A stretch of 64,000 bases of DNA, taken from NCBI GenBank assembly GCA_017396665.1, contig JAFQLH010000035.1, positions 3,206 through 67,205 of the forward strand, read 5' to 3'. Below the pieces are notes generated by a model. The model ran no database searches. It worked only from the letters and a program-made list of their open reading frames with translations, and was not told the DNA's origin. Origin of the DNA: Oscillospiraceae bacterium (GTDB taxonomy: Bacteria > Bacillota > Clostridia > Oscillospirales > Ruminococcaceae). The translations under genes were made by a program, and so were the position numbers. Shown here one piece after another: positions 1-7,600 of the stretch (position 1 is the stretch's first letter; each line of letters begins with the position of its first letter).

Positions 1-708
1 AATCGTGTCATAGCTGCCCTGACCTGTGTAGGTCTTTCTCAGCCTGTCGTGAACGTCCTTTCTTCCGTCAAGTGAGAGAACAACGTTGTGCATCTCCTTG
101 TTTGAGAATTCAATAACATCGTCATCAATAAGCATTCCGTTTGTTGTAAGAGTGAAGCGGAAAACCTTGCCGTGCTTCTTTTCAAGCTCTCTGCCGTAAG
201 CAACAAGCTCCTTTACAACATCAAAGTTCATGAGCGGCTCGCCGCCGAAGAAGTCAACCTCAAGATTTGTCCTGCCCTGTGAGTTTTCAACAAGGAAATC
301 AAGCGCGCGCTTGCCTGTTTCAAGGCTCATTATAGCCTTTTCGCCGTGGTATTTTCCCTGGCTTGCAAAACAGTATTCGCAGTTTAAATTGCATACGTGA
401 GCAACGTGTAAGCAAAGAGCCTTGACCTGAGTGTGCCTGTTCTTGAAATCGAAAGCCTTGTCGGCGTATTCGTCTTTTGTGAACAGCTTTCCCTCAGCCT
501 TGAGCTCCTCAATGTCGCTGAGTGTGTCAAGAATATCTTCCTTTGATACGTCCGAATACTTGTTTCCTAAGATATCAAGAATATCATCACTGCTGTTCGT
601 TTCATACATTTCAATAGCATCATAGGCTAAGTCGTCAACGCAGTGAACACTGCCGCTGAAAACGTCAAGTACAATGTTGTAGCCTCCGAGCTTGTACTGA
701 TGTATCAT
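1..708 (-). CDS. scfB: SCIFF radical SAM maturase (thioether-forming), N-terminal 236 aa only; the C-terminus lies outside the window
   Basis: My own minus-strand translation from the ATG at 708 gives MIHQYKLGGYNIVLDVFSGSVHCVDDLAYD...LCLHVAHVCNLNCEYCFA...DFFGGEPLMNF. It has a CxxxCxxC radical-SAM motif and lies directly downstream of a SCIFF precursor gene. It is absent from the ORF track because it runs off the edge. Confidence 0.85.
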   Translation of the reverse strand, partial: MIHQYKLGGYNIVLDVFSGSVHCVDDLAYDAIEMYETNSSDDILDILGNKYSDVSKEDILDTLSDIEELKAEGKLFTKDEYADKAFDFKNRHTQVKALCLHVAHVCNLNCEYCFASQGKYHGEKAIMSLETGKRALDFLVENSQGRTNLEVDFFGGEPLMNFDVVKELVAYGRELEKKHGKVFRFTLTTNGMLIDDDVIEFSNKEMHNVVLSLDGRKDVHDRLRKTYTGQGSYDTI

Positions 709-745
709 ATGTAAAACCCCATTTTCTTAAATTAGACAAAAGCAA

Positions 746-770
746 TGCCGCTTACAAACAGTAAACGGCA
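746..770 (-). terminator. Intercistronic hairpin (partial terminator or attenuator) between scfA and scfB
   Basis: tgccgcttac-aaaca-gtaaacggca forms a 9-bp stem with one mismatch. On the minus strand it is followed by ttgcttttgtc. It sits between the precursor stop (797) and the maturase start (708). Confidence 0.45.
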
Positions 771-796
771 CAGCAAATTTTCATAATAGATAAAGC

Positions 797-949
797 TTAG
801 TCCTTCTTGCCGCACTTTTCGCACTGCTGGTTAGCAACACCGCAGGAAGTCTTGCAAGCAGACTGGCAGGATGTCTGGCATTCGCCGCAGCCACCGTGCT
901 TAACGCTTTCCTTCATATCTCTTGTCTTGAGAGTAACAATTCTTTTCAT
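797..949 (-). CDS. scfA: SCIFF (six-cysteines-in-forty-five) ribosomal peptide precursor, 50 aa
   Basis: My own translation gives MKRIVTLKTRDMKESVKHGGCGECQTSCQSACKTSCGVANQQCEKCGKKD. It contains the hallmark GGCGECQTSCQSACKTSC core. It is too short for the ORF track. A GGAG RBS, a consensus promoter upstream and the maturase gene downstream support it. Confidence 0.85.
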   Translation of the reverse strand: MKRIVTLKTRDMKESVKHGGCGECQTSCQSACKTSCGVANQQCEKCGKKD

Positions 950-984
950 GATGAGAAATCTCCTTACAAAATTTTGTTGAATTA

Positions 985-1013
985 ATTATACCTCATTTTC
1001 CTCCGCTTGTCAA
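985..1013 (-). promoter_or_regulatory. SigA-type promoter for scfA-scfB: TTGACA-17 bp-TATAAT
   Basis: The reverse complement of 985..1013 reads ttgacaagcggaggaaaatgaggtataat. Both hexamers are perfect with a 17-bp spacer, about 35 nt upstream of the scfA ATG. Confidence 0.7.
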
Positions 1014-1115
1014 GAGGGTAGAGAGCTGTTCCTTGTTATCACGACAGCCCTTCCATACCGTCTGCGTTCAAGCAATACTGTGAATGTCCGCAATTGTACA
1101 TGCAGAATTCAAATC

Positions 1116-2483
1116 CTATTTCAAAACTGAAACTATTGCCCCACCGCAATCAGTGTGAACGTCAACACCTGACGCAGAAAGCTCTGATATCTTATCTGCA
1201 ATATCCTGCGTTATAACCTCACCGGGCGCTATAAGCGGTATTCCCGGCGGATAAGTCCAGACGTATGATGCACAAATCCTGCCAACTGCACTATCGAGAG
1301 AAAGCTGCTTTGACTCTCTGCGTGCCGCCTCGTATGAGGACATCTCAGCCTTGGGCAGCGTAATACTAACAGGCAATTCCTTCTGCCTGTGCTCAAGTCC
1401 GCCGTCAATCTCAAAAAGTGCCTTAATAAGCCTGTCAAAGCCTTCCTGTGTGTCACAGATACTGCTCATAGCAATAACATATCTTGCGCTTGCCATCTCG
1501 CACTCAATTCCGTACTCATCTCTCAGCCTTGCAAAAAGCTCAGAGCCGTTTATTGATGCCTTGTCGCAAGCAATAACAAGCTTCCCGAAGTCATCTGTCC
1601 GATGCAGCCTTAATGCCTTGAGCCTGAAAGCTCTGTCATAAAAATCTCCAAGCATACGCTCGTAGTTTTCTGTAAGTTCTCTGCCACGCTCCTCAATCAG
1701 CTTCATACACCTGTCAACCGAAGCCATAAGCGGGTAGGATGGGCTTGAGGTCTCAAAGCAGGAAAGAAGCTTTGAAAGCTTTTTGGTGTCAACTTTTTCA
1801 GAATGTATATTCAGACAAGCCGTCTGAGTCATGCAAGGGAGTGTCTTGTGCAGGCTCACTACTGAAATGTCAGCCCCGTATGCATTCTCAAAGCCTTCAA
1901 ATAAAGGCAGATGTGCACCGTGGGCCATGTCAACAAAGAGCAAAATGCCTCTGTCACGACAAGCCTTAGCTATTTGTGGTATGTTGCTTATTACTCCTTC
2001 ATAGGTAGGGGAGGTTATAACAACAAGCCTTGCATCAGGATTCTGCATTATTGCATTTTCAATGTCAGAGCTTTTAACCTCGCCGAAGGTGTCAATGCAC
2101 TCATCTCTCTCAGGCAAAATCCAGACCGGTCTGAGGTTGTAAAGCTCAATTGCGTTGTAAACGGATTTGTGACAGTTTCTCGCAACAATAATCTTGTCCC
2201 CGAAATCACATGCAGAGAGTATAGCAGACATAATTCCGCAGGTGCTCCCGTTTACAAGAAGAAAGCTTTTCACAGAGTCGTAAAACCTGCTCAGCCTTGC
2301 CTGTATGTCATCAATGATTCCGTCAGCTCCGTGCAGGTTGTCAAAGCCCGTTATTTCGGTTATATCAATGCCGTAGGGGAGAGTATTACCTAAGATTTCA
2401 CGGTTTCTCTTGTGCCCCGGCATGTGAAAAGGGTATACGTCACTGTTTTTATGTCCCTCAAGCTTTGTTAATAAGCCTTCCAT
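1116..2483 (-). CDS. PLP-dependent Orn/Lys/Arg decarboxylase family protein (YaaO/SpeA-like)
   Basis: 455-aa ORF with an N-terminal YPFHMPGHK motif, a SLHKTL PLP-lysine motif and the overall OKR_DC_1 fold-type I pattern. Confidence 0.8.
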   Translation of the reverse strand: MEGLLTKLEGHKNSDVYPFHMPGHKRNREILGNTLPYGIDITEITGFDNLHGADGIIDDIQARLSRFYDSVKSFLLVNGSTCGIMSAILSACDFGDKIIVARNCHKSVYNAIELYNLRPVWILPERDECIDTFGEVKSSDIENAIMQNPDARLVVITSPTYEGVISNIPQIAKACRDRGILLFVDMAHGAHLPLFEGFENAYGADISVVSLHKTLPCMTQTACLNIHSEKVDTKKLSKLLSCFETSSPSYPLMASVDRCMKLIEERGRELTENYERMLGDFYDRAFRLKALRLHRTDDFGKLVIACDKASINGSELFARLRDEYGIECEMASARYVIAMSSICDTQEGFDRLIKALFEIDGGLEHRQKELPVSITLPKAEMSSYEAARRESKQLSLDSAVGRICASYVWTYPPGIPLIAPGEVITQDIADKISELSASGVDVHTDCGGAIVSVLK

Positions 2484-2492
2484 AAGTTCTCC

Positions 2493-3398
2493 TTAGAATT
2501 TTTTCAGTATGTCATCAATGTCCTGCTTCGATGCAAGATATCTTGAAAATGTGCTCGCACTTCCTGCCGCAATTCCAAGTCTTAAAGCCTCATTGAAGCT
2601 GCCGCTCTTTATGTATCCCGCAAGGAATCCTGCAACCATAGAATCACCCGCACCGACTGAGTTTATAACAGTACCCGAAGGTGCCTCACTCATAAGCTCC
2701 TGCCCGTCTTCCGACACAAATACAGCCCCGTCGCCTGCCATAGAAACAAGAACGTTTCTTGCACCCATTTTCTGAAGTTCTTTAGCGTAGCGTATAACTT
2801 CCTTTTTGTCATTCAGAGAAGGAACACCGAATATCTCCGCAAGCTCGATATTGTTCGGCTTTATGAGAAAAGGTCTCTGTTCGAGTACGTTTACAAGCAG
2901 TGTCCTCGATGCGTCAACAATTATACAAACACCCGTGTCCTTGAGTGCAACCATAATATCCTTGTATATTGTGTCAGGGAGTGACGCAGGAATACTTCCG
3001 GCAAGAACAAGATAATCGCCCTGTGAAAGACCCTCAAGCTTCTCCATAAGACTTAAAAGCTCTGCCGAAGGTATGTCAGGACCAGAAGCGTTTATCTCTG
3101 TTTCCTCCTGTGCCTTGAGCTTTATGTTTATGCGTGAATTACCCTCAGGCAAGCGTATAAAGTCAGTCTTCACACCGTCAGAAATGAGCATCCTGTCTAT
3201 CTCATTTCCCGTAAAGCCTGCAATAAATCCGAGCGCAACACTTTCGCAGCCAAGATGATGCAGTACAGTTGAAACATTTATTCCCTTTCCGCCTGCAAGA
3301 ATAGTCTCGCTGCTGCTCTTGTTGATAGTGCCGAAGCTTATGCTGTCAGCAGTTACAGCAAGGTCAAGAGACGGATTAAAGGTAACAGTATATATCAT
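2493..3398 (-). CDS. 1-phosphofructokinase family hexose kinase (PfkB family)
   Basis: 301 aa starting MIYTVTFNPSLDL, with GGKGINVS and C-terminal GAGDSMVAGF ribokinase-family motifs. Its stop lies 9 nt upstream of the start of the next gene (the decarboxylase). Confidence 0.85.
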   Translation of the reverse strand: MIYTVTFNPSLDLAVTADSISFGTINKSSSETILAGGKGINVSTVLHHLGCESVALGFIAGFTGNEIDRMLISDGVKTDFIRLPEGNSRINIKLKAQEETEINASGPDIPSAELLSLMEKLEGLSQGDYLVLAGSIPASLPDTIYKDIMVALKDTGVCIIVDASRTLLVNVLEQRPFLIKPNNIELAEIFGVPSLNDKKEVIRYAKELQKMGARNVLVSMAGDGAVFVSEDGQELMSEAPSGTVINSVGAGDSMVAGFLAGYIKSGSFNEALRLGIAAGSASTFSRYLASKQDIDDILKKF

Positions 3399-3429
3399 AT
3401 AATAACCTCCGAAAATTCAGCTACTGTTA

Positions 3430-3458
3430 ATTATACAATAATCCTTTGAGTTTTACAA
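3430..3458 (-). promoter_or_regulatory. SigA-type promoter for the kinase-decarboxylase unit: TTGTAA-17-TATAAT
   Basis: The reverse complement reads ttgtaaaactcaaaggattattgtataat. It lies 32 nt upstream of the ATG at 3398. Confidence 0.6.
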
Positions 3459-3486
3459 GTGTAATATGAACTCTACAAAGCGTTTG

Positions 3487-3515
3487 TTGTATTGACTTTA
3501 AAAGTGTGATATGAT
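3487..3515 (+). promoter_or_regulatory. Candidate promoter for the HTH-desulfoferrodoxin gene: TTGTAT-17-TGaTATGAT (extended -10)
   Basis: ttgtat at 3487-3492, a 17-bp spacer, tatgat at 3510-3515 preceded by tga. An overlapping TTGACT at 3492 gives poorer -10 spacing. Confidence 0.45.
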
Positions 3516-3538
3516 ATCAGCAAGAGGAAGTGATAACT

Positions 3539-4114
3539 TTGAAGAAAACAACAGGCGAAATAATTAAGGGATTGAGAATAGAAAAGGGCTATACACAAAA
3601 ACAGCTAGCCGATATCATATCGGTAAGCGACAGAGCAGTGTCGAAATGGGAAAGAAATTACGGCTGTCCCGACCTGTCAGTTATCTGTGAGCTTTGCAAA
3701 GCACTCGGAACAACTGTAGACTACCTGCTCTCAGGAACAACCGAAGGCAATTCAAGCGGAGATTTTAAAACTGCAAGGCTCTATGTATGTGAGGATTGCG
3801 GAAATATTATAGCGTCAGCAGGTGACTGCTCCGCTACCTGCTGTGGTAAAAAGCTTAAAGCCCTTGAGCTGAAGCTCGCCGACGATGAGCATAAACTCAG
3901 GCTTGAAAGCTTTGATGCCGACATCATAGTCTTAACAGACCACGAAATGTCTAAGGAGCATTACATCAGCCTTGTCGCAGTTATCAGCGAAACCGCCGTG
4001 CTCCTGTACAAGCAGTATCCCGAGTGGAGTATAAACGCCAGAATACCTGCAACAATCCACGGTATGCTCGTTGCTGTCTGCAATAAACACGGAGCATATG
4101 TCCAAAGAATATAA
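3539..4114 (+). CDS. XRE-family HTH transcriptional regulator fused to a desulfoferrodoxin (2Fe superoxide reductase)-like module
   Basis: The N-terminus (LRIEKGYTQKQLADIISVSDRAVSKWE) is an XRE HTH. The C-terminus has CEDCG...CCG (desulforedoxin-like) followed by H-x16-H-x5-H-x39-C-x2-H (EHK, DHEM, EHYI, CNKH). The track start GTG 3530 abuts the RBS (gagga 3524-3528), so TTG 3539 is better spaced. Confidence 0.75.
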   Translation: MKKTTGEIIKGLRIEKGYTQKQLADIISVSDRAVSKWERNYGCPDLSVICELCKALGTTVDYLLSGTTEGNSSGDFKTARLYVCEDCGNIIASAGDCSATCCGKKLKALELKLADDEHKLRLESFDADIIVLTDHEMSKEHYISLVAVISETAVLLYKQYPEWSINARIPATIHGMLVAVCNKHGAYVQRI

Positions 4115-4133
4115 AGCTTAAAGCGTAAAAATC

Positions 4134-4164
4134 AAGGGTATCGAGTAATAAACTCGATACCCTT
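4134..4164 (-). terminator. Rho-independent terminator (13-bp perfect stem) between convergent genes
   Basis: aagggtatcgagt-aataa-actcgataccctt. On the minus strand it is followed by gattttt, and it can also serve the plus-strand gene. Confidence 0.75.
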
Positions 4165-4169
4165 TGTCA

Positions 4170-4415
4170 TTACATTATTCCTTCTTCGTCATCGTCAGTG
4201 ATTTCACCGTTGATGATTGCCTTGAGCATATCAAACTCTTCGTTTGTAAGAGTAACACCCTTGCCCATTCTTGTGTGGTCAGGTGACCATTCTCTGATAT
4301 CGTACTTAGGTTCTCTTCCGTTCCAGCTTATAAGATTGAGCTCCTTTGTCCAGCCCTTTGCGTTTTCTGAAAGAACACCAAGTGTTTCAGTGATTTCGTA
4401 GGTAAGTTCAGCCAT
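4170..4415 (-). CDS. YdbC/PC4-like small protein (putative ssDNA-binding)
   Basis: 81 aa starting MAELTYEITETLGVLSENAKGWTKELNLISWNGREPKYDIREW. This resembles the bacterial PC4-like YdbC family from memory. It has an AAGGAG RBS. Confidence 0.6.
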   Translation of the reverse strand: MAELTYEITETLGVLSENAKGWTKELNLISWNGREPKYDIREWSPDHTRMGKGVTLTNEEFDMLKAIINGEITDDDEEGIM

Positions 4416-4438
4416 TATAAATCTCTCCTTTTAAAATA

Positions 4439-5911
4439 TTAAAATCTGTTTATAAACGGTACAAATCGCCAAAGCTTCTTAGGAAGAATCTTTCTTGCCA
4501 TCTTCAGCATGCAACCGTAATTCAGTATGAGTACCGCAATAAATCCGCCGCCGAGAATAACCCAGCGAAGTATTGCACCAAAGCTGTTTACACTTATCGT
4601 CATAAGGGCGAGAATAGAAGTGTTTACAACAATCTTCATAACCGAGAAATCAAAAGCAATAAAGCGTCTTGCATCAATGCATCTTACAATGAAAACTACA
4701 ATGTATGAAGCGATTGTCGAGATAACAGCCGCCGCAATTCCGATTTTAGGAATGAGTACGAGGTTGATGCCAACATTTATAATGCCGGCAATAAGACTTG
4801 TTATAAGAGAGTTTACAGACCTTTTTGTAACAACATAAATCGTACCCATGAAGGTGGTAAAGCAGATGAATACTGTCGAGAATACAAGTCCCGGTGAGTA
4901 GAGAATGGATGACATAGCATCAGCACCCATCCACACATATGTCAGCGGTCTTATTACAAGCAGTATTCCTGCCGCAATAATGTAAAGCACCGACTGGTTT
5001 ACATCAAATACATTTGAGTAGAATCTGTTTCTTTCATCAGAATCATTCTCTGTGATTGCACTCATGTTCCATGCCTGACCGAACATCATGTAAATTGTAG
5101 TGAAAAGATTAGGTATCTTGTACGCAATCGACAGAATACCTGTATCAGCCCTGCTCATAAAGTGAGTAACCATAAACGAGTCCGAGGAGTTTGTGATAAG
5201 CCACATAATCTGTGTCGGGATAAGCGGTATACAGTAGCTGAGCATCGCCCTTGCAAGACCGTGGTCAAACGGGTCTTCGGATTTTTTGTAAAGGGGAGTA
5301 AAGTATCTCCACAGCTTTGCGGTAAACATCAGGAATATAATCGACGCTACGTCAGCAAGAACAATCGAGAGCAGATAGCCCCTGATTCCCATCCTGAATA
5401 CAAGCAGGAATAAAACGCTGAACAAAAGCGTGAAGAAGGTGCATAGTATTCCGTTTACAGCAAAAAGTCTTACCCTTTCCATCGCTCTGACAAACGTCGC
5501 ATAAAGCGTCTTCAAACTCGAAATTGAAACGTATAAAAGCAGCAACCATACGTTGTTTCCTATGAATTTGTGAACAAACGCCGAGTCGTGCAGGAAAACT
5601 GCCGCCAGACCGAGTAGCGCAATACCGCAAAGTATTACAGCGTTTCCAATCGAGAAAATTCTCTTCTTGTTATAGGACTTGTCAAGACCGAAACGTATAA
5701 CAGCCTCTGATACCGTCAGCGAAACTATAGGCAAAAGCCAGTTTGCCGTCTGCGTGAAGTTTTCGGTTATTCCAAGCTCTGTATCGGTGAACAGTCTCGT
5801 GTATAAGCTGACAAGAAGAATAGCCAGAACCTTCGAGCTGAACGAGCCAACTGCAAATATAATAGTGTTTGAAAGCAAGCCCTTGTAGCTGTTTTGCTTC
5901 TTTTCTTCCAT
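4439..5911 (-). CDS. Polysaccharide biosynthesis protein / oligosaccharide flippase (MOP superfamily)
   Basis: About 490 aa and highly hydrophobic, with many predicted TM segments. I chose the start at ATG 5911 (MEEKKQNSYKGLL) because a GAGGGA RBS lies 6 nt upstream. The track start at 5953 lacks an RBS. Confidence 0.75.
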   Translation of the reverse strand: MEEKKQNSYKGLLSNTIIFAVGSFSSKVLAILLVSLYTRLFTDTELGITENFTQTANWLLPIVSLTVSEAVIRFGLDKSYNKKRIFSIGNAVILCGIALLGLAAVFLHDSAFVHKFIGNNVWLLLLYVSISSLKTLYATFVRAMERVRLFAVNGILCTFFTLLFSVLFLLVFRMGIRGYLLSIVLADVASIIFLMFTAKLWRYFTPLYKKSEDPFDHGLARAMLSYCIPLIPTQIMWLITNSSDSFMVTHFMSRADTGILSIAYKIPNLFTTIYMMFGQAWNMSAITENDSDERNRFYSNVFDVNQSVLYIIAAGILLVIRPLTYVWMGADAMSSILYSPGLVFSTVFICFTTFMGTIYVVTKRSVNSLITSLIAGIINVGINLVLIPKIGIAAAVISTIASYIVVFIVRCIDARRFIAFDFSVMKIVVNTSILALMTISVNSFGAILRWVILGGGFIAVLILNYGCMLKMARKILPKKLWRFVPFINRF

Positions 5912-5980
5912 AGACATTCCCTCTAAAAGTAACATATAATCAATCTGCATCAATGCGAGAGTAAAAAGCGTAATATGATT

Positions 5981-6008
5981 ATTATATCATATTTTCACCA
6001 AAATGCAA
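5981..6008 (-). promoter_or_regulatory. Promoter for the flippase-ydbC unit: TTGCAT-16-TGaTATAAT
   Basis: The reverse complement reads ttgcattttggtgaaaatatgatataat, an extended -10 with a 16-bp spacer. Confidence 0.6.
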
Positions 6009-6047
6009 CATTTAAAATAAATAAGACAAAAACATCTCAAAAAGCTA

Positions 6048-6076
6048 TTGCATTTTTTGAAAAAGGCTGATATAAT
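6048..6076 (+). promoter_or_regulatory. Promoter for the 40-aa micro-protein gene: TTGCAT-17-TATAAT
   Basis: ttgcat tttttgaaaaaggctga tataat. It is divergent from the flippase promoter. Confidence 0.65.
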
Positions 6077-6128
6077 ATTATCAGAGAAATAGATAAATTA
6101 TTTACATTAGATAAAAGGAGATTTCGCT

Positions 6129-6251
6129 ATGAAAACTATACTTAAAATTGCAGCCGTAATCGTCGCAGTTGTATCGGCTTTTGTAGCCGTCAAGCTTGCT
6201 TTGGAGTCTATCGGTGTCAAAACCGTAGCTTATATTCCGGTAGAGGACTAG
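6129..6251 (+). CDS. Small hydrophobic membrane peptide, 40 aa (hypothetical)
   Basis: My own translation gives MKTILKIAAVIVAVVSAFVAVKLALESIGVKTVAYIPVED. An AAAGGAG RBS lies 7 nt upstream, and the gene has its own promoter and terminator. It is below the ORF-track size cut-off. Confidence 0.5.
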   Translation: MKTILKIAAVIVAVVSAFVAVKLALESIGVKTVAYIPVED

Positions 6252-6286
6252 AAGATTACACAAAAATCATATATTCAGCAGTAGGT

Positions 6287-6319
6287 GTCTCGGCAGAGTA
6301 CTCTGTCGGGACATTTTTG
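6287..6319 (+). terminator. Rho-independent terminator after the 40-aa ORF
   Basis: gtctcggcagag-ta-ctctgtcgggac forms a 10-12 bp stem with two G:U pairs, followed by attttt. Confidence 0.6.
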
Positions 6320-6336
6320 TAGGAGAAAATGATACT

Positions 6337-6996
6337 ATGATTGATAAGATATTTGATTTTTTTCTCGATAGCAGAAAAGAAAAGTTTTATATGATGGACA
6401 ACAACGAGCGAAAGCTCCTGCTTGAAAAGCTCAGAAGAAAAGATGAAACCATCTCAGGTATGTTCTACTTTTTGCTTGTAGCTCTGTTTGCACTTGTCGG
6501 TTTTTTCGCGTGGGTAGGTGTTTCGGTTACACTCATGAACACCGAGCCTATAAGCTTTTCGTTTGTGTTTGATTTTGTCCTCTTTGCAATTGCCCTGTTT
6601 TTTGAAGTGGGCTTTGCAAGAACAAATTCACGTGTGGCGTTTCTTTTGCTTATCGCAACAACAATACTTGCGTGTATTATTTCCCCGTTCTTTGTATTGG
6701 CATTGTTGTGGCTTGTGCTGTTTGCACCAAACTGGCTCAATCTCCAGGCAATGAGAGAGCTTCCCGGATACCCTGCGTTTGAAGCGAGGAAAACAAATAT
6801 CAACGACAGTACACTGAACGCAGACCAGCAGGTCGCCTTTGAAAGAAAGAAGCTCCGGGATATGGATGAGCCCGATGCATATAGAAATAACAGTGAAAAC
6901 CTTGATAAGATACTTAGCGGCGAAATGTCTCTCGATGATTACCTCGGAGTCGAGAATCAGCAGCCGAAGTTTCTAAGTTCGAAAACGGAGGAATAA
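6337..6996 (+). CDS. Hypothetical integral membrane protein
   Basis: 219 aa with several hydrophobic segments (FYFLLVALFALVGFFAWVGV, FVLFAIALFF, FLLLIATTILACIISPFFVLALLWLVLF) and an acidic C-terminal tail. An AGGAGA RBS lies upstream. Confidence 0.6.
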   Translation: MIDKIFDFFLDSRKEKFYMMDNNERKLLLEKLRRKDETISGMFYFLLVALFALVGFFAWVGVSVTLMNTEPISFSFVFDFVLFAIALFFEVGFARTNSRVAFLLLIATTILACIISPFFVLALLWLVLFAPNWLNLQAMRELPGYPAFEARKTNINDSTLNADQQVAFERKKLRDMDEPDAYRNNSENLDKILSGEMSLDDYLGVENQQPKFLSSKTEE

Positions 6997-7587
6997 ATGC
7001 TTAAAATAAAAATAAGCGGAATAAAACGATACGAAGACGTTACGCTCGTAAATGGAATATGCCCCGACTATGCGGGATTTGTGTTTTATGAAGGCGAGCA
7101 CAGAATAACAGCTAATATAGCTTCACACCTGGTGTTTGACTTGCGCCCTGAAATTGATACGATAGGTATGTTCAAAAACCAGTCTGCAAGTGAAATAACC
7201 TCACTCCTTTCAGCCGGAATAATAGATATGGTTGAGCTGTGCGGAGACGAAAGCGAGGAGTTTATAGAAAACTTAAAGCTCCGTGCAGAAGCTAAGATAA
7301 TTAAGCGGTTTTCACTTAAAACACCCGCAGACCTGCTCAGAATTAACGAGAGCCGTTGCGACTATATCTCGCTTACTGTGACAGATTATATGGAGAACAG
7401 CGATATCTCAAAGAACGTCACAAAGCCGGTGTTTTTGCGTGGAAGAGGTGAAGCTGTCAGCTTCGCCGATTCGGTGAAAAAAGCAGAAGTATTTGCAGTC
7501 GACAGTGCACATATGCTCGACTCTGACGGATTTATAAGTCCTGCATCAGCACTTAAAATGTGCGCTAGAATCAGAAGTAATATCTAA
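6997..7587 (+). CDS. Phosphoribosylanthranilate isomerase (TrpF)-like protein, divergent
   Basis: 196 aa. The N-terminus MLKIKISGIKRYEDV...DYAGFVF matches the TrpF pattern K-I-C-G-I-T...GFVF, but with Ser in place of the conserved Cys. No other trp genes are nearby. Confidence 0.6.
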   Translation: MLKIKISGIKRYEDVTLVNGICPDYAGFVFYEGEHRITANIASHLVFDLRPEIDTIGMFKNQSASEITSLLSAGIIDMVELCGDESEEFIENLKLRAEAKIIKRFSLKTPADLLRINESRCDYISLTVTDYMENSDISKNVTKPVFLRGRGEAVSFADSVKKAEVFAVDSAHMLDSDGFISPASALKMCARIRSNI

Positions 7588-7600
7588 GGCGGTAATATCT

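Noticed and set aside
6252-6336. Looked for a convergent antisense promoter that would make the 40-aa peptide gene a type I toxin-antitoxin locus.
   Set aside because: I found no credible -35/-10 pair on the minus strand. The toxin-antitoxin hypothesis is left as a weak possibility only.
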